64,000 nt of DNA, taken from contig NC_135258.1 of NCBI RefSeq assembly GCF_964204865.1, forward strand, positions 9,424,001 to 9,488,000, in the 5' to 3' direction. A program made the translations under genes and the position numbers. Source of the DNA: Styela clava. Lineage: Eukaryota. This document shows, piece after piece, positions 1-11,407 of the stretch (the first letter of the stretch is position 1; the number at the start of each line of letters is the position of its first letter). The notes under the pieces are model-generated. The model was given only the letters and a program-made list of their open reading frames with translations, was not told where the DNA came from and did not search any database.

Positions 1-26
1 CTATATTCAAATACAAGAATATCTAC

Positions 27-359
27 AGTCGACTCCCGGCGCTTCGCTAAAAAAAATTTTTGAATTCGGCTTCGGGTTGGGAAAATGTTCGACTCCTACT
101 CACGATCCGAATAAGATGAAAAAAGTAATTTTGATGACGAAAGCTCTTGCATTTAAGAGTTTCTTCAGTAAACTGTTAAAAGCACTTAGTAAAGTTTTTT
201 TTGAGTTTCTGTATAAAAGTTTGACTTATTTATATCATTATTGAAAGTTTGCAACTTCGACTATTTCAGAATTGTGATTCCAGGAAGTTTGGAAATGCAA
301 CACCGGCTCCGAATCCATTGAAAACCGACCAAACCCTACTTCCTACTCCACACTCTTGA
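27..359. repeat. Partial dispersed repeat/MITE with (C)GACTCC / CTACTCC subterminal motifs
   Basis: Recurrent gactcc/ggctcc/ctactcc motifs ending in ctactccacactcttg resemble one arm of GGAGTCGGAGTC-type MITEs. Degenerate and probably truncated by the window edge. Confidence 0.35.
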
Positions 360-1755
360 AGATATTGTCGTCTTGTATTTTTTTATATAATTTGTCATGT
401 TTACATATATTAGTAAACTGCTACCGTATCAATGTTGTTTCTTGGAATTATATATATATCATAATATTCTAAAACATGTCGTCAAAACAACTGGTTGAAT
501 TAATTGATTTTATAATATTATCTGCCTGTGAGATAATAATTAAGCATAGGGTAGTCATAAAATAAACATTTCAACTAGAAGTATGCACAACACAATAGCA
601 CTGAGCAAGCGTAAGTTATCTGAGAAGAATGTGACGACAGAATACAATTATCTGAGGCCCGATTTTGTTTGGTGATGTCGCTTTGCCTATTTCTCCGTTC
701 TGTTGCATTTTAAGCTTGCAATGTAAATGTTTATTGAGAAAAACGTCATTTGTGTAAATTAACTAACAATGCATTTTGTGTCGATTCAATGCCTCAGTCT
801 TATCAATGTTTGCATACGTTAACACGTCCGACAATACTAAGACCTCGTAGAGGTGGTCCAACTGCCTCCATACTACATAGGGCTTATACATATAGAACGC
901 AATATGTACAATTCGCTGAAATAAAATGGGATGATACCTGATCCTAAAAGATTGTCGTAACATTCATCCTTACGGTATTGGCAAAGCCTGAAAATACCAT
1001 TCAAACATTATGGATGTGTCTTATAAGGTTTTGCCTATAAGATAAAGTGTCTTGGTCATCTTCAATTTCATATGAATTGAATTTACGAAAACTTAGCAGT
1101 GATAATTCGATATTCAAAATGCTGATAATTTTGATACTTATATTTATATTATGTTTATATAGTTATATTATACTGATTACTTATATTTTTTTTAAATTGT
1201 GGTTCAACACCAAACACATATTTTAACGGCGTCATTTTCAATTTACCATATATAAATGGTATAATCGAAAGCAACATAATATCACAGCATATATATCAGA
1301 ATGCATGTTCTAATACTCACAATACACAAGGGAGTTTGGATTTCATTTTTAATTCACAATTCGAAATATCAGCAGATCTAAATAGGTAATAAAGAAAAGA
1401 CTATTTCCGCAGGACGATCAAAGAAAGCTTGCCACTTCGTCCTTGCTGAATGGAAGGAAATAGGATAATTTTCTGCGTACAAATCTGTTACGAACTTTTC
1501 ATTTGAAGGAACGATAACAATCATCGGTGCTACTTTTGTATGCGATCTAAGCGGCTGTGTGATCTCGTTCATTTTAGGTAAATGGGTTTGGTGCTGAAGT
1601 TTATGAGAATGTCTTTATGAGAATAAACATATACCTTACGGGTAAGTAAACGGCTAGAAAGAATTTGGACCTCCAATACCTAATCGTAACAGATATACTT
1701 TAGCATGCACGGTTTAAAAGAAATACCACTATAACAGTAAGCTTATTCGATTTAC

Positions 1756-2381
1756 CATCAACGTATAGTGTCGGCATCCCGTAGTTGCTACATGTGAATC
1801 CTCCCGTTTTCAGAGACATGCATTGCCACCATAGTCCATCAAATGTTGGTATACGGCCATACAATGGATCAGACACCTATAAAATTGAATGTTTCGTTTG
1901 GTCAGACCTATAGGGAAACTAGCTAAAGGACTTGTGATATAAATGCAGCTGTGGGATTCGAATTCACGCTATTGAAGTGAATGATGTCTTGAACGTTTTG
2001 CTGAGTTTACTTTTCACGAAGATTAGTTATAACTTAGGTTGAAAAATTTAATTACAATAATGAAAAGATATTGAAAGACGGTTCAAGGTACGCAATCAAA
2101 TATACAATATTAAAGTATTGGTATATTGATGCGTATTTTTATCAAGAATTTACATACAGTTTCTGTAATTAATGATCATACTTTTGGATAAAATTGTGAT
2201 TCTTCGCTGATAATTATATTACGCAATACGCCTAAAGATAGAAAAAGCAGTATTGAGGCTCAATTTTACTTACTTGCCAACTGCTTTTCCTCCAGTATGG
2301 GATCCCTGTCGCTACCAGCAAACCATAATGTCCTAATACATTTAACGCAAGGCTCGCATAATATATAGGCTTTTTTGCCAT
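1756..2381 (-). CDS. Claudin-family protein, exons 1-2 (partial; downstream exons not located in the window)
   Basis: Exon 2381-2274 (ATG to gtaagt donor) encodes MAKKPIYYASLALNVLGHYGLLVATGIPYWRKSSWQ, i.e. TM1 plus the conserved W. Exon 1876-1756 (ttttatag acceptor, gtaaat donor) encodes VSDPLYGRIPTFDGLWWQCMSLKTGGFTCSNYGMPTLYVD, carrying the W...GLWxxC-x9-C first-extracellular-loop signature. Splice phases are compatible. Missed by the ORF track. Confidence 0.85.
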
Positions 2382-5300
2382 TGTGGTTTCTGTTGATCAT
2401 AAATTTCTATTAAGTCTATTTTATGTTACTAAAAGTGTACAATTAGTTTTGACAAGAGATCGCAGAACGTTGTTATCTGTCTGATATCATTTATTCTTTG
2501 AAGAAATTAACATCTTTGTTTTGTTAGCCTGCTGTTCGTCCGCATACAAATCAAACGAGCAAGCACACGAATAGAAACTAACAAAAATAAAAGGCTACGT
2601 TCGTATCTGAATTAACTTCTTATGTCATTCTCATCTATCAGCGAATACAGACTATTGTCTCCGAAAGTTGATTTTAATGATGTGGTCTATTCTAACAACA
2701 GGGCATTCGCTGTCAGAAGAAAGAACTTCAGGGTCACTATCCTAATGTACATCGTACTTCTGAGACAGGTAAATGAAAATTAATAGCACCTATATGGTTA
2801 AGTCATTATGAAGTACCTATCACAAACTCAGACCAGATAAAACAACATATGCAACAAACAGCATGTGTATATATGTAGTTTAAAAAAAAAGCTAATAATT
2901 AACTTGTTTGCTATTCGTTCACGTTATTGCATAATGTTTGACGATTGTCGTATTTTTATTTTAGCGTTCAATGTGTTAATGTGTTATATATCCTAAACAT
3001 TGGGATGGGGACGCGCTGGAACATATGGTTGGATTGGTTAGGCGTTCAATCAAGGACATCGCGTAACGCTGCCACGATATTACCTCATATCTCTACTCTA
3101 TTACTTAGAGAGTTGGAGAGAACATTCATAATTCGGTTTATCAGCTTTATTTTCCCTGGATGATTCATCAAAATCATTTCAATTTTATTTTCGTCAAACC
3201 GATCCTGATATGGCTAAAGTTACATTCGATGCCGTATGAACTTATGTCTACTTGATCTGAAAAGCAGTAACCCTTGAACCTGTGTTTCCGCGATCCTACG
3301 AATGTGCCCCAAATCGGGCGTGTGATACAACAGTATGGCCCGAACGAGAGTGCGAGGTTCTTGACTCATAAGAAGATCTGTCGCCGGTGAAGACGGTCTG
3401 AAAATGACAGAAAATTATAGAAACACCGACCATCCAAATTACTGTGAGTAATTCAATAAAGAAGGACCATCGTATACCATATGTCAGTAGTGTCTTCACC
3501 CACAACCAGTAATGGGATTCAAAATTTTGAGAACAGGTCATCATTTGTATCGAACTTACCAACAACAGGTTCTCTCATTTCAGAAAATGTGTGTATGTGA
3601 CTATATAAGTTACATTGATATGGTGCGCTTTGCATAAATCCAATACATAACTTTCGAAACTCCAAATATAACGCTTGTCGTCAGCTGTGGTTCATGTTAC
3701 CAATTTGATGCGCTCGTCTAAAAAAAGAAGAACGTGTCCGCTGATTATCCCTGAATCAGACCACTGCGCGCAGCCTTGGGGCAATGTTCGATAACTCTGT
3801 TTCTCATCAGTAGCCTATATATGCTAGGTAGTAAAATACAGTTCATTATATTATTACAGTACTGTAGTTCAAGTCCTACTATAAAAGTGTATCCCTGTTC
3901 TTTGGAAGTGAATATATTCAGCCCGAAAGAGGTAAATGAGAAGAAGATTTTACACACCGCATCAATAAATCGCCCGTAGATTTGATAACCTGTGCACAGG
4001 ATGAGCATAGGTTAAATATACTATGTGGAGAACGGTTAAATGAAACACGAGTCACACACTGATAAATTTGGTTGCAATATTTGAGCGACATTGTTACAAA
4101 TTTTGTGGGCGATTTTATCACCGTGGGTTGATATCAACGTAAAACAGCAATAACAACACGACAGAGGTGAGGCAGAGCAAAACGGATGTTCTGTTTTCCG
4201 GATTATCTCGGTTTCACCAAATCATGATCGTTTAAGCATGGGCCATATTTACTCATATTTTTACGTGTCGCATAGTATGACAGTTCTTTACAAACACGTA
4301 GCAGGTCGTTCTGATGATATATGTAACATGATATCGAATGTGTCATCGGCTTCCGCCAGTTAGTTGATGCTGGAGGACGATGCTCATGCTGTATAAATCT
4401 ATAGAAAACAGCAATATGCGAAACAATACATAGCTGACGATTATATCATTTTCCCGAAACTTATACATTCATTTTCAGCAAATGCCCAACTCAGTCGAAG
4501 CTTGTTATGAAGCACACAAAACATACTATCAATACCCAAAGTTTTACTCCAGATCACCATACTATTGAATCATATAACAATATAGCGGCACAAATATACA
4601 TCATAAATCGGAATGACCCAAAATAAACTGAAGCTTGCACTTGAAACATCCTCAATCAACATAATCGAAACTTATTAAAGATGTACACGCAATAAAGTTT
4701 TGGAACAGGAACTATGTTTTGTTCATTTTTTGTGCAGATGAGCTGGAGGTAGATTAACTAGGTAATCGGCGCACTTATATGAAATGAATATAAACTAGAG
4801 AAAATAAATGAATTTACTGTCGAACTTTTTTGTTACTATTTTTCAGCGCGGAATTCTCAGTTTTTATTTAGTTGATCAAACAGATACATTCTGATTTTGC
4901 GTACATACTGCAAATGAAAAATAGTACCATGAGATTTGTACAAAGTTATGGATAGAGGATATTTTTGTTGATGAATGCTCAGTATCATTATCACCGCATG
5001 TTGAAAAATATTTCTGATAGTGATCGCGGTAGAAGCAGTGGTAAATCAGCTAAGTGTAGACGCTTATAGGTAAAAATGAATATATGGATGCCTGTGCACT
5101 AACTCAGCAGCTAATTGTGGTGAGTGTTCAACTTTTGTAACATGTATAGACGCCCAACAAAAAGCTTTTTGACCTGATTATGAATATATGGCGTGAATCT
5201 TCTTTGAATATTGCAGTATATAACCTGAATTTTTCACAGAAACTATCTCCGAGTCCTATTTGGTTTATATGTGTCAATTGTTATATTTTTTTGTCAATTA

Positions 5301-6816
5301 TTTTCTGCGGATGCATGGTGGCACAAACTATCCTCGCCGTTCTTTGAAACGCGCTTCATGCCAAGAAAGTTCAAATGTTTATAGGCCTAAAGCTATTGCT
5401 TCCTTCCGTTTGCAACCGTATGTCATGCATTCTCGAGATTGTCAGTCTCTATTGAAATATAAAAAGTCCATTGGACGACGGATTATCCTTCAAGCAAACA
5501 GGGACGACCCGTGCATATGGTGGCGCGAAAAATCTCATAGCAGAGTCAGAACACGTTTCGGCTTCATCGAGACGAGCCGACGCAAGCTGCTCACAGGCTT
5601 TTCATCGCACAAGCCCACGTAACGCTAGTAACATGCGTGTCACAACTCGGTCATTATTCATATTTTTACTGCAGCTATTGCATGAGCTCTTTTTTCTTCC
5701 ATTTCCTTTCTGTCGCGTGCGTTATAAGGCTCGGTATAGCATAGCAGTGATGTATCTTAGCTTATAGCGTCAACTGAGAAATCGAGAGTATATAGCGCAA
5801 ATGACAAGTGCAGTAAGTGAATAGATAATTCATTCAATTACAAGCATCGCATGAAACAGGTTTTGATTATTTGTTTCTCACCATTGAATTTAAAACCAAT
5901 GACTTCTATTTTGCGATATATATATCAAATGAAGTGCATTTTTGCTACCGATTATACATTATCTACGCAAAAGGAAAGCCGCGATTCAACAGTAGTAGAG
6001 CTATTATGTTGAGAACAGTCTATAGACATGTAGTTACATTTGATCGTCAACCATTAGGAAACATTAAATCAGGATAAATTGTGTGGACCGTTTGCGGTTT
6101 TGAATATAGGCACCGCTGTCCATATTCATGTGGTAATAGCAGGCAATACCGACAGGAGAAAGTAACTTCTCATTGCATCGTAGTATTTTGAAATATTTCA
6201 GCCCTGAATTGCGGTATTCAAACATTGCAAGATATTTCAGTATTGCTAAATGCTACAATGAGCAAAGTAATATGCTCATATTATTGTAATTGCCTGTGAT
6301 TGAGCTAGCTTTGTTGCGGATTTCTATTACGGGAAGGTAAAGGAAGTTTTAGGAATAATCGAAAGTTGCTTTAAGGTTGATTGAATAAATCTGAAAGCAG
6401 ATAAGAAACCTAAACACGTGAAAAATACATCTATTCGTGAATTTCTATAAAAAAATGACAGCATAAATGAAAATTAAGTTGAAAAAAAATTGACGGAAGT
6501 CGCAGAATATAAAGACTTCGGATAACAAAAAATGAGGTGTTCGGAATGGGGGTTGCTGTCGCAGCCCGTAACTTTTTTTTAAAGAAGCCTTTTTTTAACT
6601 AGAGGTATCATCAGTTTGTATATATCAGTATATATCAGTTTGTACCAGATGATATGAAATGAGGAAATGTTGATTTCAGAGACTTTCTGTGTGTAAAATT
6701 ATATATTGTCAACTCCATATGCATATTTCAAACTGTTTTCCTATTTCATAGCTATAGTTTTTGTAGTAAAAGAGCGCTGCGAGAGCTTCATGACTTAGTT
6801 ATCGCAAGAATCACTT

Positions 6817-6857
6817 TTATGTAATTTTATATTAATCGGAAATTCCCGTCTTATAAA
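6817..6857 (+). promoter_or_regulatory. Putative proximal promoter of the RTP-like gene: bZIP site, NF-kB site, TATA box
   Basis: TTATGTAA at ~6817-6824. GGAAATTCCC at 6838-6847 (reverse complement GGGAATTTCC fits GGGRNWYYCC). TATAAA at 6852-6857, about 170 bp upstream of the ATG. Confidence 0.45.
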
Positions 6858-7022
6858 CGGACAAAGAACAAAGAAGCACCTCCTATTTCACAGTATATAG
6901 AAAATCAAGAAATCCAGAGAAGAGGAGACGAAAAACAGTCAATTGTACATAACGAGCATAAAACCCATATACAGAAAAAGAAACAGAAAATATTTAAACT
7001 ATATCAAGAAAATATAAAGATA

Positions 7023-10000
7023 ATGATGGCTTCGACAATGACCATTCCTCAAGTAGCCGCTTTCCACGGCCCCATACCCCGCCCAATTCATGGGGCAATG
7101 CCGGGTAGTGTACCCACCGCAGCCATGCAAGGCAACTATGCCGCAGGACAAGTACCAGTTTCTCTACAAGGGCCGGTGAACGTTATGCCTGGACCAATCC
7201 CCACTAGCAACAACTCCCCTGCAACCATTAGTCCACCAGTACAAGCGCTCAGACTCCCAGTCGTTCCGGTCGGAGGAGGATGTTACAATGAGTGAGTTTT
7301 AATTTTATTAGAATTTATTCAAATAGAAGCATTTCTATTCTGAAGTTTTATAAACGATAACTTGAAAAAAGAATATTGTGATTGAAAATTTTAACCTCAC
7401 AGATTCTCGCTTGGTAGCGATATTCAGCGATTCAATACAAGACGATTTTTCGAGAACGACATGCAAAATATTAATTTCTACTCAACACTACGATTGTGCT
7501 TTACTTTCTCTTTTGTATGCAGTTTGTCAAATATCATTTCATCATCGCTTGCAGAATCAAAATTAGATTCAAGCGCATTCCGACCCAGAGTATGTTGCTA
7601 AAATCTGAAACCAATTTGTAGCTGATTGCTAAGCTATGAAAGAAGAATCTAACGCTGATTCAAACTTGACTGTGGCACATAGTTCGTTATTGTGCAGACA
7701 TCAACGCACTCCGTGTTCAAGATAACACGTTGAAGATGCACGAACTGTACAATAATGTGCTTTATTGTTTTCCGCATTATTGACATTGTACTACAATTCG
7801 TGTACTTCGATTGATTGAATGTGTTTTGTTGAGTGCAACATGAAATGATAGATTCTATGGCAATTCTATGCACAAAAATGTTATAGCTAAATTGCTTAAT
7901 ATAAGATTTGCCGCAGCAGAAAAGTATTGTTTTCTTCGAAATGTACAAATTAAAATTTTTGACATCCTTGTTCATTGAGCTCATTTTTATTTTTGAATAT
8001 ATATATAAAAATCCCATTAAATGTTATTTTTTCATAAAATTCAACAACAATTTTGAGACTACAAATAATATTGTAAGTTGCTGATGATGTATGGAATGTC
8101 TCAGCTTTAAAATAACGTTTGTATCCGTTGTGATTTGAATATGGATCATGATAATTCTCCTTCTTGTAACGTACGGAGTGTGGCAGGGAAGTGCATTGTT
8201 TCCACTTCAATCCGATCTTTACTCTTCTGTATCAATATGCAAATTCAACAACACCAACACTATCATCGGCCATGCATAAAATATCGTCAAATTGTTCTCT
8301 ACAGTACATTGAATCATTCACCCAAGCCTGATCTAGTGTTACGTTTAAACAATTGACATAGTTGCATTCGAAACGCGATTGACCCATTGAACGGAAAGAA
8401 TGCGCCTGCGCAGCCTTATTCTATCAGATCAAGTATATTCAATACATAACCAAATGATGTTCACAACTGACAAAGCATGGTGTATCATAATGAGCAGATA
8501 GGGCAACGCAAGTTCGTTTCTAGTTTTGACTCTTTTCCGCTTGTTGGATATATAGATAGTAAACAAAACGTGAAAAACATTTGGTACAACATTGCAGATA
8601 TTCACGCGATCGCGAGATGTTAGTAATGGAGAGGCTTAAATTGGATTTTAAGATAGTCAAATGTTAAAAAAAAATGATTTCTTACCGGAAATAACAATCT
8701 TCGAGTGACTGTATTATACTTGTTATTTTCCGCTTAAAACTGTGCGATAGCAAGTTATGAATCAGCTACCAGTTCTTGCTGAAATAAACGCTGTACTTCA
8801 ACATTAAAGTAAAAAATCGAAACAAAATAATAAAAATAAAAATTTACCTTTTTCAGTGGAATGGAAGTCGTATGGCACGGTGAATTCAGTCGTCTATTCA
8901 GCTCGTTCTTTCCTCCACATGTATGGTACTTGTCTATTACGAATTCAGCGCCGCAGGAGAAATGGAAATTTTACAGAGACAGTGCTAAAGTGCGATTTTG
9001 CTGCCAGGTAATACTTTTGAATAGGTTAAATTATTTGATAATCTTATGCACATCAGATTGTTAAACATTTCTTAAATAATGAATGACAGTCAGTGTAATT
9101 TCACTTTTTACCACGTTCTCAAAGTTCACTCTTTGTGAGGCTGTTCTGGATACCGCCAACCTCATTATCAAAGTTTAAGCATGTGTATATTCGACTCTAC
9201 CGGTATTTTAATTATACGTACCGGTACCCGTGTCGGCCCCTTGCGGGCACTCCCTTCTCATGGCCCGCGAATATTCTTCCGCTTCTAATTTTTTCCCCGT
9301 TAATCAACTTTGGGAACCACTGCTCTATACTGATGTCTAAAACTTGTAAATTTTCACTAGCCTCTATGGAATGGCCAACAACTAACTAAATAACTAAAAC
9401 CCATGTGTTCTATTTATTAATAGTATTGGTAATTGTATTATCAGGATTGTGGCAACGGGTGGACTTCGATGAAAGGAAGAGTGACTTTTTGGTTTCATTT
9501 GAATGCAGCGACTAGCGAAGGATTCGTCCAATTCAAACTTTATGGCCAAGTCTGCAAAAAGTGCAATTCTGGAAAGTTTGAATATGTAATGTGGTATCCG
9601 GAAGAAGTCTCTAAGGTAATATTTCACGAACGCGTTGAATGTATAACGACAGTTTGGGGTGCTTCCGAAGTATAAGTGCACCAAGATGGCGCACAACCTG
9701 AACATTATATGTGAACCAGGTTTGGGTTATCAGGTTGTGCGCTATCTGGTGCACATACTTCTGGAGCGCCCAGTTTGGTATCATTGAAGTATTTAAAAAA
9801 AATTTTCGTTACTAAACCATATTACCGAGACAACCTCGGCAGAACAGAGCATAACAAATTATTATAAATCCAAGAACGCCAGTAACTACACGCCGCTGAA
9901 GAGCGCCTGTACCCGCTGGAATGAGCGGATTTCCTGTTCTAATTTATGCCCTACACATTAGGATCATCATCGCATATACCCGGTCGGAATTTTATAATAA

Positions 10001-11407
10001 TATACAACCAGTAAATTAATTGTTTTTTTCATGTGTTGAAATTTATTTTGGACATCTACAAACCTACACAGTGTTAAAGAACTTTGGCATTTAAACACCC
10101 ACAGAATAAATACGGAAAGCGATTATAGACATTATGCTAAGAATAACATTGAATAATGATGTCCCTATTTTGACCCGAAAAGGTTATTGCTTTCCCAATA
10201 ACTGAAACAAGTCATACTATTTCTAATTATTTACCAGACAAACTATTTGAAGAATTATATATTGAAAAATTGCATTTCTTCAATGACATGATCCGAGTAA
10301 AATAACGAACAATGCATTTCCTGTATTCATTTAATTTTCTACCACACATAGTACAGTAATTGCGTATTTTTTTTATAATGGTCCGTTCGAATTTTTAGGT
10401 GATGTGTAACTTGTACAACAAAGTCGGGCAAACATTCTATGGTTTCATGCAACCCCCAATACGTATCGATAGAAGGCCTGGACGCCCAAGAAATCAGCAT
10501 AATGCAGAGTTATGCCAAGCTTGTCGTGATGGAGAATGTGATCAGGTACTTTTACTGATAATATACGATGCTAACTTGAATGCACAACATATTTGCATAA
10601 GTATCAGAGTTCAATCAAGCCATGTAAAATTTTCAAATTCATTTCCAGGGAAGACCGGTGAAAGCTTTGTACAACTATATGCAATCACCAATTAATTTGA
10701 GAGCGCCGAATCAAGCTATACCTGGACGTCCACCATTCCCACCCACCTCACTAGGCCCGGTTAATCAAATGCCAGTAGTTATTAGTCAACAACCGATGCA
10801 TCACGCGGGGCAACTTATCATGCAAAGTCCTCTAAATTCAACACCGCCACATTCTTGTGCATCATTCATCACTGCTCCAGTGACTTTGACCTCAGGAATT
10901 CAACCGATATTGACTTACTCTATTGTGACCGGTCAAACAAAAGAAGCAGCAAAACTTACTCCTGTCCCAGAAGATGAAACAAAATTTGAAGATTCATCTC
11001 AAGCTACAGCCAACGGAGACACCACTCCACCAACACCATCCACAGTTTCAGACGGCACTGCAAAATCTGTTCCAATTGACGCTGTTGCAGCCAAATTGGC
11101 ATCAATCAACATAAAATCCCCTTTGACAAATGGAGTCGCATCGATGAAAAATGGAAGAGCACCGAATTTGAGCATGACAAAACCTGTCTACAACGGTACT
11201 ACAACTATCAAAGCGCCATTGTCATCAAATGCAAAAAATAGCCCAAAGAAAGTATCACCACTCATCGAAGCAACCACCAACGGCCAGTCGGAGAAAAAAG
11301 CTGAAATGAAGCAGCCTCAAAGTCCTATTGCGAACGGATACTCCACGGCGGTTACAAGAAAATCAGTTCCTAAAGCACAGACCGTAAACGGAGTCGACAA
11401 TAAGTGA
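7023..11407 (+). CDS. RTP (receptor-transporting protein)-like zf-3CxxC zinc-finger protein, 5 exons, 498 aa
   Basis: Exons 7023-7291, 8857-9007, 9445-9615, 10399-10545, 10649-11407 are all GT-AG and phase-compatible (1497 nt). The spliced domain RFCCQDCGNGWTS...FKLYGQVCKKC...HNAELCQACRDGEC matches the RTP 3CxxC pattern (FxCxxCxxxWxS; GQxCxxC; HxxxxCxACxxGxC). The N-terminus is Pro-rich and the C-terminal tail is S/T/P/K low-complexity. Confidence 0.9.
9228..9322. mobile_element. hAT-like MITE fragment (terminus ...TTTGGGAACCACTG)
   Basis: The reverse complement of the CAGTGGTTCCCAAA hAT/Charlie-type terminus lies at 9309-9322, preceded by GC-rich ggcccc/ggcccgcg subterminal motifs. The other end was not found. 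Confidence 0.45.
9658..9770. mobile_element. Palindromic MITE, family A, copy 1
   Basis: ~45-bp inverted arms (ggtgcttccgaagtataagtgcaccaagatggcgcacaacctga / tcaggttgtgcgctatctggtgcacatacttctggagcgcc). 8-bp TSD CAGTTTGG at 9650-9657 and 9771-9778. Confidence 0.85.

Noticed and set aside
1378-1572. ORF with a GPCR-loop-like stretch (DLYAENYPISFHSARTKWQAF), or claudin exon 3
   Set aside because: It lies downstream of claudin exon 2 with no flanking TM helices. Splicing in at the nearby acceptor gives no claudin TM2 and an early stop.
7023-11407. ZAR1 assignment
   Set aside because: It lacks the ZAR1 C-terminal position and extra Cys cluster. The spacing and GQxCxxC...CxACxxGxC pattern fit RTP.
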